Shown here one piece after another: positions 38,111-50,900 of a stretch of DNA of 64,000 bases. The position numbers and the translations under genes were made by a program. Location of the stretch: assembly GCA_051294905.1 (NCBI GenBank), contig CM119378.1, positions 2,110,001 to 2,174,000 of the forward strand. Reading direction: 5' to 3'. The stretch comes from Botryllus schlosseri (taxonomy: Eukaryota). How positions within the stretch are numbered: the first letter of the stretch is position 1; the number at the start of each line of letters is the position of its first letter. The notes under the pieces are model-generated. The model was not told the origin of the DNA. It saw only the letters and a list, made by a program, of their open reading frames with translations, and did not search any database.

Positions 38111-39398
38111 CTCTACTGGATGTGCACTGTGCAGTTGTGCACTGCAATTTCGATTACTTTCACTCTCATTTTAAAGTGTATGTTTTTCATTTGAATAATT
38201 CAGGAGCATATATTCATTGCTCGATATAACCTACACATCAATTTCATTTGGCGTGCAATGACAATCACTGACATACTATTGACATATACATTTTACAGTC
38301 GCTGTGCAATTAAATCCCGAAATATCCTTGCTACATTTATACGTACGTACAATCGACGAGAATAGGGTGTACGAAAATGAATTCGATGATGTGATATGCA
38401 AAACTGAGTAACCTGATTGGATGTATGACATCATGTGATTGCAGTCATGTGATGTCTATTTGACGGGCCAAATTCAGCACACCGAGTTGCGGGCTATACT
38501 TGACTCATGTTAACAACTTTCGACCGCAAGATTTGCTGATATAGGCCTACTCGAAAACAAAAAGGACAACCGATATTCTATAATAACTGGTGATAGAATG
38601 GCTGGACTCGGTGTACTGTAAGAGACAGACGGAGACCATATTGTCATCAATTCGAAATAAATCACTAACACATTCACATGAAGATGATAGAAAATAGAGT
38701 AGCACAGTGTATAAAAAGCCATATCAATTGTGAATTGGCGCCGGCGGCGCGTGACATATCAGTAAATGTAGCTATTGTGAAAAAACATGTAACGTCTTCC
38801 ACAGCTACACCAATAGGTAGTTGGTCCTGTATGCTTAAGTGTGGGAAACTTATCACACTAGGCTCCTAATCACCTCCAGATATGTGATGGCGGTGTCATA
38901 TAAAACGCCTAGGGTGAATGCCGGTCGTGCTGGATTGAATTATTATTGGATCAAGTCTAGCAAGCAGACTAACAAGTGCAAGATTTTAAGCTATTCCAAA
39001 TTATATTAGAATTGTATTTACCTACAGAGCTGTTGATGAATTAGATCAGAATAAAGTCGCAAAAACTTGTAAATTGAATGAAATTCCCAACTTGACGGAA
39101 ATGCAACAAAAATCAAGTTCAGTTTGTATCAAATTATAGAGTTCATTAGTATAAGACATGCAAATTAAATGACTATATACACCAAAGCTCTATTTAGCTC
39201 GTTTCGCACAATACAGTTCTGCAGCATTTTCATGAAAACCAGAAGTAAATTAAAATTAGAGCATAGAAACACGTCACAAATTAGACTGCCATCATTCTCA
39301 AATTTGTCAAACAAGATTATCTCGTTGTCCAAGTATGCGCCCTAGTGTAGGCCGAAATGACCATAGGACACCACAAACTAGAAAAGGCAAATGTATAA

Positions 39399-40310
39399 TT
39401 AACAACGAGGAAAAAACACCGTGACTATGCGTACAAAATCCACGAAACTTGCTAGGATACAAAACTGGTTAATCAACACGTCAACGTTTGTTATCGCCCG
39501 ATAGACGACGACGATTGCCGGCAATCCGGCCATCACAATAATTAATTGCGCCGTAAAGTCAGTTAACATGACGACAATCGAGCTTAGTGATGAACGTCGT
39601 ATTGTTTCAGATAGATCATCACGTTCTCTTCTGGCCGCGGTGTCGCATCGAGTTCTTGATCTCATTTTGACTTTGATCATGGGATAGATGAATAATCCGA
39701 CCAACGCCAGCTGGTTTAATGCCAGTACCCCAGCGATTACGTAGCCTGAATATTCGCGGAATGTATTATCTCCAGCTGCGTACTCGCATCCGAATTCTCC
39801 GTGCTCATAAAGTGCTGGCTGAACGTCAATTATCGTAAGGATCACCGGACATACTATCAATGAAACCAAAACTGTGAATCGAACATAGTGCACTGTCTTC
39901 GGTAAAAGCGATTTGACGACAACGTTCGACGTGATAGCGTTCTGTCTCACCCACAAAAACAAATAATTTGCGGACATCGCTACCGCGGAACCTACGAAGC
40001 TCATGTCGGAGAGCACTTCACAATTACCGGCCGTTCCGATGTACGGTATCATCAAGTCTATGATTAGTCTTAGAAGACTCACAAATATCGCAAAAAAGCA
40101 GCCCAGATATAACATGTTATCGTCCCTCCGAAGAGTCCACTTCTTGAATCTCCTTCCATATTCCGCTATGCTCGCGAGTAACCATATCGTTGTCAATGTT
40201 ACTAGAATGTTCAAAGCAATTCCCAGCTGTTTCACCAATTCTTCGTATGATTCAGCCGTTTCAGAGCCGTCTTGGTTTGTTGAGGAATTCAATAAAGATA
40301 TAAAATCCAT
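39399..40310 (-). CDS. Intronless orphan 7TM / GPCR-like protein (303 aa), paralog 2
   Basis: Full-length alignment with paralog 1; same Cys pair, LWVRQ and INQF motifs. Confidence 0.87.
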   Translation of the reverse strand: MDFISLLNSSTNQDGSETAESYEELVKQLGIALNILVTLTTIWLLASIAEYGRRFKKWTLRRDDNMLYLGCFFAIFVSLLRLIIDLMIPYIGTAGNCEVLSDMSFVGSAVAMSANYLFLWVRQNAITSNVVVKSLLPKTVHYVRFTVLVSLIVCPVILTIIDVQPALYEHGEFGCEYAAGDNTFREYSGYVIAGVLALNQLALVGLFIYPMIKVKMRSRTRCDTAARRERDDLSETIRRSSLSSIVVMLTDFTAQLIIVMAGLPAIVVVYRAITNVDVLINQFCILASFVDFVRIVTVFFPRC

Positions 40311-40949
40311 CCCTGTCTTTGTGGTGGCCTAATATTGTCCGAGAAGCAACTAGATAAGTCTAGCTTTTCCAGTGTTGGTCAGAACGACGCTTCATTAATA
40401 TCTCTCACGTTCAGGAAGTCCCCGTGGAAGGTAAAGATCCTATTGTTTCTGTTTTGTTACTCATATAGCAATATAGAATGCAGAGGTTATGACTGTATGT
40501 TTCCATGCCGTTCTCTCAGTACGCAAGTAGACTAGGACAATGTATCACATCTCCGAAGCTCAAAGTTCGTTATCCATTCGAACGCATCATTCCAGTAACT
40601 ACATGTCTCTTACAACCAATATGCATATAGATAGACGTCCCTTGGTGACATTCTGTAGGAGTCTACTGCTGTAGGCCTACTATATATTGACAACTGCTTT
40701 GTTCATATCGACGAAAACAAGAAATACATATATAGATTTATTACTTTATCCATAAACCAAAACTAGAAAAGAAAGCATAGAATGTTTGTACCGGACGTGG
40801 TATAATCGTGATTTGCAATCGGTTATTTATACCAGTGAACAGTGGTTCTCAACCGGGTTGGAAGGATTGAATTGGATCAAGTCAGACAATAACCTCTGAC
40901 GGTGTGGGCCATAGAACGCAACTCGAAAACGACACCAAAAACAATGTCA

Positions 40950-41861
40950 TTAACAGCGAGAAAAAAATACCAAAAGTATTCGTACAAAATCCACGAAACT
41001 TGCTAGAATACCGAACTGGTTAATCAGCACATCTACATTTGTTATCGCCCGATAGATGACAACGATCGACGGCAGTTCGCTCATCGCAATAACAAGTTGC
41101 ACCGTAAAGTCAGTAGTTGTGACTACGATCGAACTCACCAACGAACGTAGTATTGTTTCTGAAACTATGTCGCGTTCTCTTCTTACAACGCTGTCGCATC
41201 GAGCTCTTGATCTCTTGACTTTGATCATGGGATAGATGAATAGTCCTACCAACGCAATCTGGTTTAATGCCAGAGCCCCAGTGATTACATAGCCTGAATA
41301 CGCGTGGTGTATATTATTTTCCGGTACATACTCGCATCCAAATTCCCCGTACTCATAAACTACTGGTATTACGTCAATTACCGTGAGGATCACCGGACAT
41401 ACTATCAATGAAACTAGAACTGCAAATCTAACACAGTGCACTGTCTTCGGTAATTGTGCTTTGACGAGGACGTTCGATGTGATAGAGTTCTGTCTTACCC
41501 ACAAAAACATATAGTTGGCGGACATTGCTACTGCGGAACCAACGAAGCTGATGTCGGAGAGCACTTCACAGTTACCGGCTGTTCCGATGTGCGGTATCAT
41601 CAAGTCTATGATTAGTCTTGGAAGACTCACAAATATTGCAAGAAAACAACCTAGATATAGGATGTTATCATCGTCCCTCCGAAGAGTCCACTTGTTGAAT
41701 CTCCTCCCATATTGCGCAATGCTTGCGAGTAACCATATCGTTGTCAGTGTTACTAGGATGTTCAAAGTAATTCCGAGTTGTTTCGCTGATTCTCCTTGTG
41801 ATGCGGCGGCCACAGAACCGTTTTGCTTTGTTGAGGAATTCAAATAAGATGTATTATCCAT
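40950..41861 (-). CDS. Intronless orphan 7TM / GPCR-like protein (303 aa), paralog 3
   Basis: Full-length alignment with paralogs 1 and 2. Confidence 0.87.
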   Translation of the reverse strand: MDNTSYLNSSTKQNGSVAAASQGESAKQLGITLNILVTLTTIWLLASIAQYGRRFNKWTLRRDDDNILYLGCFLAIFVSLPRLIIDLMIPHIGTAGNCEVLSDISFVGSAVAMSANYMFLWVRQNSITSNVLVKAQLPKTVHCVRFAVLVSLIVCPVILTVIDVIPVVYEYGEFGCEYVPENNIHHAYSGYVITGALALNQIALVGLFIYPMIKVKRSRARCDSVVRRERDIVSETILRSLVSSIVVTTTDFTVQLVIAMSELPSIVVIYRAITNVDVLINQFGILASFVDFVRILLVFFSRC

Positions 41862-41953
41862 TTCTGTCGTAATAGGCTATTGTCCGTGCATAGTGTGCCT
41901 ATACAGATTTCCAGTGTTAGTCAGAACGACGGTCGACGGTACATATATATGTT

Positions 41954-41968
41954 TCACGTGCAGGAAGT
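41954..41968. promoter_or_regulatory. Candidate shared promoter motif of the 7TM genes (ETS-like CAGGAAGT next to an E-box-like CACGTG)
   Basis: CAGGAAGT lies 90-102 bp upstream of the ATG in all four copies (23184, 36277, 40412, 41961). Confidence 0.4.
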
Positions 41969-42810
41969 CTCAGGAGGAGTAAAGATAATTTTGTTACTTT
42001 TACTCATATTACACAGTAGAATACAAAGGTTGTGTTTGTTTTGTAATGTTTATCAATTCGGTCATCAGTTTGGGAATTTTACTCATTTGCGATACATAGG
42101 ATTGTCATTTTGCAAGACGCGGCCATAGAAAGGTCCATCACATCGCCAAAGCTCAAAGTTCCTCTACGCATCATCCAACAGAAGTCACTGTTTCTTACGA
42201 ATACAAATAACCTATACCTCTCTTTCTTCATGTTTGTTTGCTTCATGACATAATGTATAAGCTGTATAGAATCATGGGGCATTCTACTATAATGACAGCA
42301 GCTTATTGTTCCTATCGAAGAAAACACATCTGGCAGCTATAGCATAGTGAGGGGAACAGGTTATATATGTTGGTTTACAATTAAATTGAAACCACAATTA
42401 AAAATAACATAGAACAGAAGTTTGTACCAAGGGCATATTAGTAATCGATTACGATGATTAGCCTAGAGTTTAGTTACATAAATATTAACTGAAGGAATAG
42501 TGCAATGTATGAAATCAAAAGAAGCTAGGCTACTTGCTATGCCAATAAAAAACTCTCTCTCTCTGCTATGCTGCTGTTAGAGCTGTAAAAATGATTATTC
42601 GTCTTTCAACTGTAAGTTTGTTACTTGTTTTCAATGCTGCGAGAAAGTAGGTTTAACTGAAATCAGAACGAAATTTGTCGCTGTTTTTCACTAAATGCAC
42701 TGTGACACGATATTTAATTTTTGTATGTCCCGTGGGAGCCCAGTTAATATTCATCTAGAACACGAATAAGTTCTGATGATTGAATGCGGGTATATATCCA
42801 TATTGAAATG

Positions 42811-42848
42811 AACCCGAATATTTTCGGCTGACACTCGCACAGCGGCAT
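42811..42848 (-). ncRNA. Degenerate minimal hammerhead ribozyme motif
   Basis: Minus strand CTGTGCGA-GTGTCAGCC-GAAA-ATAT-TC-GGGTT (core mutated). Confidence 0.4.
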
Positions 42849-42874
42849 AATCGTCAGCCCTCAAGTTTACCGGA

Positions 42875-43230
42875 GGAGATAGCGCAGAGGCAACGATAAG
42901 CACCTACGAATGGGCGGCTCCGGTTCGATTCCCGTCGGAGGTTCATCTGGGCTCGTCTTCCCCCGCCGTCGCCGTTCTTACGGCGTTAAAAAAGTCCAGA
43001 AAAGAGATCCGACGAGAGAAAGCACTCACAAGGAATGAAAAGAAGTAGAAAGGGCCGCGGCTTCAAAAAGATCAACCTCGAAAAAGTTTGTTACATCAGG
43101 CACTCTAGGCCGAGGTGGATGTCAATCTCAAAGGATCGCAACTGCGTGTCGTTGGATATCCTCCTATCTGACCATTACATCGCATTGTACATTGTGTGTG
43201 ACTTGTTCAGGGGAAAAATATAACCCGACG
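42875..43230 (+). mobile_element. tRNA-derived SINE
   Basis: GAGATAGCGCAGAGG...GGTTCGATTCCC head, core GGAGGTTCATCTGGGCTCGTCTTCC, tail homologous to 17170-17330. Confidence 0.75.
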
Positions 43231-43271
43231 ATCCAAAAAAATACCAGATCGCATCGCAGTCTCGTGGTGTC

Positions 43272-43273
43272 TT

Positions 43274-43362
<89 letters not shown>
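43272..43362. repeat. (GA)n microsatellite, probably an expanded retroposon tail
   Basis: ~90 bp GA run followed by ATTTATT (AATAAA on the minus strand). Confidence 0.9.
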
Positions 43363-43364
<2 letters not shown>

Positions 43365-44963
43365 TTTATTCGGTTCCACGATCATTGATAATACATAGAT
43401 AGAAAAATACAAAGCAAAGTATGTAAAGTATGTAAAAGTGTATGTAAAGCAAAGTATGATTGTAGGCTGTAGCGAAGGGATCAGGAGATCATCAAGTCAG
43501 CAACAGCCTGAGAGGATGGTTGTAATATGAAACTTATAACAGAATATAACACGTTCGCAAAGCAAAAAATATAACATGTTTACAAAGCAAAAAATATAAC
43601 ATGTTTGCAATGTATCAAAAACAGATGAAAAACAACTAAGTGGGATCATTCACAATGGACGTGATATAACACAATGGCACTGGCTACAGGAACACAAACT
43701 AAGCAAAGAGATGCTGATTGACAAATTTATAAGAATTTTCATAATTTCCTACAAGATATTCGTGATGAAATTGTTAATAATAAGTTTAATTGAATTGAAG
43801 CATTATATTGTCGACTTTCAGAGGTATCACAACGTTCCCTGTAGGCCAAGATGTTATCTATGTTGCTTTTCATTCAGTGTGCATGCCATTCCATGCTTGT
43901 ATGTCCTACTGTCCTAGTTAGCCGAAGGTGTGTCTGCGTGCGTTTAAACTTTAATGACTAGACCGTGGCGATTCGACAGATTCTCGTTCTGGTTCGCTTT
44001 ATGGATTCGGGAATTACAGGCAGACAGTTTTATTGAATGAGAATCGCAACCAAAATACCATATCTGGTGCAGCGATACGAGCCTTAGGGGCTCCTGTGGA
44101 TCGTCTAGTCAGCTGAAAAACGAGCTAGAATCAGTCGAAACGACTTCAAGGACAACTCATTCAGTCATTCCTATCTTATTATTGCATTTCAATCTTGCGG
44201 TGTTTTGAAAAAGGGAAATTATGATGCCGCTAGATGACGATTGAAACTGGTAGCACAACCCTGTGAACTGCCAACTTCCGTTTTATTTGATACTAGTTGG
44301 CGCTCAAACAGGGCTGGTCAAAGTTCGGATTTCCCAGTCCAAACGAAATGATTTTGTTAGGGGGTGTGCGATGGGCTGAGAACGTCGTGGAATTATATCA
44401 GCTTATTGACCTTCTGGTTGAACGTGGAGAGCATTGAGGCAGTTTTTTAGAAATTTTGGAACATGCTACTCCATATCTGATGCTCCTACATCTATAGTTG
44501 TCTACATAGGGATTATCAATGGTATCGAATGCGTACCTGAGTTTCAGTTTTTGACCATATTCAGGTCATATAGCCCAACTGTAGAGTTTGTGGAGCGATT
44601 CCAGAATCTGTACCACGGACCCTGTGTAATACGGTTAGACATACTATCTACGGTGTATGCCTACAATATGTGTGACATATGTTTGTGCTGATAATGACAT
44701 GAATTGTGCCACTAAGGCACTAATTACTAAAATCTCAAACATGCAGACGATGCAGTCAGATAGAGGAAGTATTATTGGGGCCTTTCACAGCCAACTTTCA
44801 AACTTTGAATTTCCTTATGAAGTGGTCATATACTTGTGTGTCATTTTCCAGTTTTACACAAGTGTATCTGTTATCGTTTTATGGCATATTATATTATTTA
44901 ACAAAAATGGGTTCAATTTGCCAGTTAATTCTGCATAGTTAATTTAAATTAATTATAATCGTG

Positions 44964-47900
44964 ATGAATAATGATAATGAAATGAATGTTTCTAATTCAC
45001 CAAGCAGAGTCGTGCCTGAAGGAAATGAACTACTGGGTGAAACTACCGGAAAAAGCAAAAGTTTAGTGAAAAACGACACAGAAAATCAAGAAAAAAGGTG
45101 AACTTATGCTTGTTATCACATATGTTAGATGAATTTTGTTGATATCAATTATCAACGATGAATGATCAACATAATATAATATTTGGGGAATGTCTAACTT
45201 ACTTAATATCTAAATGCAAGTTGGCATTAACTGAATTAATTACTCTGCCTTGCCAGAATGACATTGCAGAATTACATTTTTCAAATGAACCGTATGAGAT
45301 TCGAAATAACGAGACGGTTTATCCCAATCGTATACATCTGTTTTTGTTGCTGAAGTGCCTGACCTGTTCTTATGCAATATTGAATATCATTTGAAGACCT
45401 ATTAGCCTATCTCTATCAATAAGACTTTATTCTTTCAGGCCAACATGGGACAGCCGTGCACAATCATTTTGCGCTGTTCTTGGTGCTATAATTGGAATGG
45501 GCAATCTGTGGCGATTTCCATACATGTGCTATGAAAATGGCGGTGGTGAGTCGGAATATTGTTGACTTGAACAGCTAGATAATTTTAGTCGAGTAATTAG
45601 ACTAATTAGAGCAAAATGTCTGTAATCTAATTCGAATCTAATTTGTGAAATGTTTCTATCCTTCAATTTTAATTATTCTAATTTATGGTTTTCCTGCATA
45701 TGGTGCAAGAGATTTGTTTAGTGCAGTGTGCAGACATTTGCGATTCCCGTGTTCAGCAGACTGTACTCTGATTTGATATGAACTGAACTAGTTTTTGCGA
45801 ATTCAGTAATTCTAATTCTAATCTGCAGTTTATATCACCCATATGCAGGGTTGTAATGACTTGAGTCATGACTAGGGCGGTTTTTTTTTACCTAAAAAAA
45901 GGTAAATTTTGACCTAAAAAATCAAAATTTTGACTTTTTTGACCTAAACAAACTGAATTATGACCAAATTTTGACCTAACGTATGCAAATTTGGTGTTTT
46001 CCCACATAATGTTAACATTGTACCATTTATCTTCATTTCTGGTTGGAACTGGCTGTCCTAACGAAGTAGTTTGGCCTGAAAAAAAAAACGATTTTGGCTT
46101 AGAAACAGGCAACTTTTTACATGAAAAAAAACAACATTTTAACGAAGTCTGGCCCTATGAAGAATTCCAGTGCTTACAATACGTATCATGGTAGAAATAA
46201 TTTTTAAAAATTGTAGTACAATGAGAGATACGTTCCTGCATTCTTGCGTAGAAAGTGCACTGTTGGTGACACACCGTGTTGCTTTATTCTGACAATGTTT
46301 TGTATATTTATTGTCATTTGTTATGTGCCATTGATTAAAATGTGTATACTCCTACAGGTGGCGACTGTGTACTAAGGCCTTGCGGCCCCTCGTCGTCATC
46401 CTGGTCCGTACCGGATTTTCACTGGTGTGACAAATAAAATGATTGATTGGTTGATTGATTGATGTTGTCTACATCACAATTTTTCATCATGCACTTAGTA
46501 ATATAAGAATGATGCAATGCCCAAGAAGTTTTTCTTCAGTTAGGATATTGCGGTACGGTGACCATAACACCATGTCTACCTGTTTGTTTCATTTGACCTC
46601 TTATGATTCACAATGACCAAATAATTGGCCCTTTACAACGGTAGGCCTATGAAGTAGGTTACAAGCTGTAAAATATCAAATGATAAGTGCACCGACAGTG
46701 AAAAATCTACGATACAAACGAAATGCAGACGTCAAAAAAATTTTGACTTCATGAACAATTTTGACAAATTTTGACCTAACGCTACAATTTTGACAAATTA
46801 AGACATGTCAAAAAAAAACGCCCTAGCATGACTCATATGAGCCCAATTCGAGTCATGGTTTATTGGTGGCTTGAGTTATTTTGTTAAATACATAGAATGA
46901 GAGACTAGGACGGCCAAGACAGTTTGATTGTAACTTCTAAAAATAGTAAAGTTACAACATTATTGGTTTTTCGTCTATCATGTAGGCCAGTGGTTCTCAA
47001 CCTTTTTCGCCTCGCGGACCGGTAAAATTTCAAAAAATGTCTGGCGGACCGGTGCACTGTCAAAATTGAAATGAAGCCAAAATGTAAAGTATGCAACCGT
47101 TTTTGGCAATTATGTGATGCTGGAGAGTGACATTTGGAGGGTTTTGATCGTATTTAATAATATTCATGATGGCAACCATGTAATTTTATGGTAGTGAGTC
47201 TGCCAAGTCGAGGTAAAATTGCCTTGTCCAGATAAACGTGCTACCGCTGACAGTCGTTTACAGTCTTTCGCGCCAAAGGCCGCGGGTTTAAACGGCCACG
47301 CCAACTCAATACCGACCGACAATATCAAGAGAAGAAGTGTATCGGCGTCGAACCAAGCACCTTGTCGTGCTACCTTGCTCATTGCCCACTGCCACCAGAC
47401 GCAGGCTACTCCGGCAACTGCGAATACAGTGCGTGCCGCAAGAAAACACATTACAGAAGCCATACCGGCCATCCGCAAATCCGAGCCGAAAACGCACTTC
47501 GTCAGCCCACCCCCAAAAACGTTGATCTTGGGGGCCCCACAGGGCGATAAGCCAAACTTCCAGGGGGCTTCGCCCCAAGACCCTACACTTGCGTGGCTGT
47601 TTTCATAAGTACTTGTGATCATATCCATTCTACTCAGCGTAAGCAGAGAGTTTACGTAGCTTATCGCGACAATGGCGACAATTTTCGATCATTCACGACT
47701 GAAGCGCTTTTCTCGCGATCGAATTTTAGGCCCAAATTTCGGAGTCCCACATGTGAACCTAAACTTCATTATGTGAGGATACGTCGTGGTGCGGCAATGG
47801 CTGACGCCGAAATGCCTATAAATCATGCGTATTTCACGGAGAAGGGCACCTAATGAGCAAGACATTTAGGGACACTAAATCGTGCAAAGCCCGAAAAGAA

Positions 47901-50900
47901 ATTGAAAAATGTTGGAAAAAGTTTCAAATAAAACGCCATGATTTATATTCATTTGCGAAATAATTTTGGGCCCTTTTCAAGCTCAGCCCCTCTCCAATTG
48001 GGCGGTTTGGGATGCCCCAGTTAGGGTCCGGCAGAAAATAAATGAATCGAAAACCAATGATCAAACTGCGCTGCTTAGCGATGAGTGAGCTCGTATCTGT
48101 TCTGTATTTGTCGCTCGCATGTCGTCAAATGAAATGTCTTGTACTTTAAGTTAAATCGAACATGTTTCTAGCCCTAATGTTAGGCTACCTCACGAAGTTT
48201 TGAATCAGTTTAAAATTAGATGTTTTATTTATTTTATCAAAGGACAAGCCTTCAACATTGCATCTTGAAATTAAAGTATAAAATTGTAATATTCCTCGCG
48301 GACCGGCAGGAATGTCGTCGCGGACCGGCGGTTGAGAACCACTGATGTAGGCTACTGGTAATTGAACAACAGGGAAATACAGAAACTGTTAATAGTTAGG
48401 AAATTTTTTATATTATGAATGTGAGGCATTCGATACCACCTACGCAGAGTTGTGAAAAGCATATTGAACAGGACTTGAACTGGAGACTGAACAGTGAACA
48501 CATTGACTCGAACTCAGTCTCAACGCTTGTACTTGACTTGGCGATGAATTGAAAATGACTCGATTTGACTCGAGTCAAAGCTAGAAGAGTATAATTGACT
48601 TGTGACACGGAACGGAACCTTGCCGCTTGGTTACAACCCTGTCGATATGTAACCCAATGCACCGCGTGCCTTTTTGTTATGAAACACTAGTGCAACTATG
48701 TTATTGTGACTAAATAATGTCTTGCCTGATTGGTCTTAACTGTATTGTTTTGACTGCATTTTATTGAATCTTACATAATTGCCGATCTTTTACATTTCAG
48801 GTGCCTTCTTGTTGCCATATTTATTCTGTTTAGCGTTTATCGGATTTCCTCTCTTTTTTCTTGAAATGGCTCTCGGACAATACACGAGGCTTGGTGCGGT
48901 CGGAGCTTGGAATATCGTACCGTTAATGCGAGTAAGTGTTTTACTTATATCCAGACCAGCTGAGGCAAAATTCCAAATTGTATACCGTAACAAACATTTA
49001 ACCTCCTCGCACATTCTGCGTTAGGAGCTAGGATTGTTAAAAAATAAATTTTTCTTCAAATTCGACCGACTATTCCATAAACATGTAAGGTTGGGTCAAA
49101 AATACGCATACGCTACACAACAAATTTGGGTAAATTCTAACATGTAGAAGCGAAGCTATTAGAGTAGGATAATTTTTAATTTATTAAAGAAAATATTACT
49201 GTCAACGCCATGGAATTGATAAGCTGTCTAAAAACTATGCATAACAGGCTCGATTCCGAGCAGTAAAAGCATGTTATGAGAGTTGTTACATTCTTCTCAC
49301 CATAAATAGTATTATTTCAAATCCAAAATTTTAAACATGAATAACTTTGCTTCTGCCGGTCGGTACTCAATAATATCATGGCGTTGATGGAGAAGTTAGA
49401 AAAATATAGCTTCACTACTATAATATACCATTGTAGCCTACTGTAAGTTCAACGATTTACTTGTGGTTCATAGAATCTTTGTATCATCTTTTTCAGGGCA
49501 TTGGAATCGGCAGTGCCATCTTAGTGACTTATTCAAGTATCTACTTCATTGTGATAATTGCGTGGGGCTTTTTCTATTTTGTACACTCTTTCACGCGTGG
49601 ACCTCTGCCGTTTAACACGTGCGGTAAGTGTTGCTACCTTGCGACCTTGACCATAAGTAAAATTCAGCTGCTTCAACGGCATTGCAAGTGTTTGTAGTTG
49701 GAACCTGGCCGGTTATTTTGAAAGGTGAAATTTGTAACTGATGCAATTTTTGCGATAGTAGTTTAAGAACTCTACGTGATTGCAAGTTAAAGATCGGTTC
49801 TTTATGATTAAGCCTATCCCCAGTATATACAGGGCTGTGCATAATGAATCTGAATCGAGTAATAATTCTAATGATTCGAGTCGAGCAGTTTAAGATGATT
49901 ACTGAAGTTATGTGCTCTTTCCCACAAAGTGCAATGAAATAGTCCAAAAATTACAAGATTATCTTGAATGTGATATAAAACATGCATTATATTCTATGTA
50001 TTCTAGTATATTATATTCTTCCACGCTGTTATGATGACATAATGAGGGATACTCGAATACTTGACTTGAAAAGTAATACTCAATTCAGAATGTCGTGTTT
50101 ACAAAATAAGCAGCTTTAATTATAATAGAATAGTTGTTGGTAGGTGAATAGAAAAAATTGATATTCCCACTTTGTCCATAATGCGGGGTTACGCACATTA
50201 CATACAAAATATCGGATACACAATACTGTATATTTGTACAGACTCTTGGCCTTACACAGAACTTAATGTACAGTTGAATAATATATTCATATTGAAATAA
50301 ACCTAAATATTTTCGGCTGACACTCGTCAGGGGTAATCGTCGGAGACTATAAAGGATTGGTTTTCCTTTCAATATGAATCTATTATTCAACAAACTTCAT
50401 AGCAAAATGGAGCAGATATGATGTAAATATGATGGAGATATTTTCTGTCATCAAAATCAGACGAATTGGTTTTAAAATGGATTGATCTTTGTATTCTTTT
50501 GAATGATTAATACTAATTGACAATAAATCTCTCGTTTTTCAGATAATGTCTGGAACACACCTTTCTGCCGTCCATATTCATATACCTTCGGTAATCTCTC
50601 ACAAGATGGGAATGTTAGCAGTTATATGTCTGTACACGAAACTGCAAATACCTCCATATCTGATGCGGTCACATCTGAAAACAGAACACTACCAATTAAA
50701 GAATTTTGGAGGTATCCGGCTTTCGCGCAGTTTGAAATGAAAATCGTTCGCGCCGGAATCAGAGTTGCTTATGTTCAATTTTCAAATTTTGAGATTCATG
50801 TTTCAAATTTATTGAAAATAAGTTTTTGTAAAATTTTCGTGACGTCACAACACTGTTAGGTAGTCAGAGAACGATAATCTGCGACTGTTACACTGGGAAT

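Noticed and set aside
35874..41847. Recurrent plus-strand ORFs (MSESTSQLPAVP...)
   Set aside because: Antisense shadows of the 7TM paralogs
47164..47628. GC-rich overlapping ORFs in SLC6 intron 2
   Set aside because: Inside a TIR element, with no recognisable protein similarity
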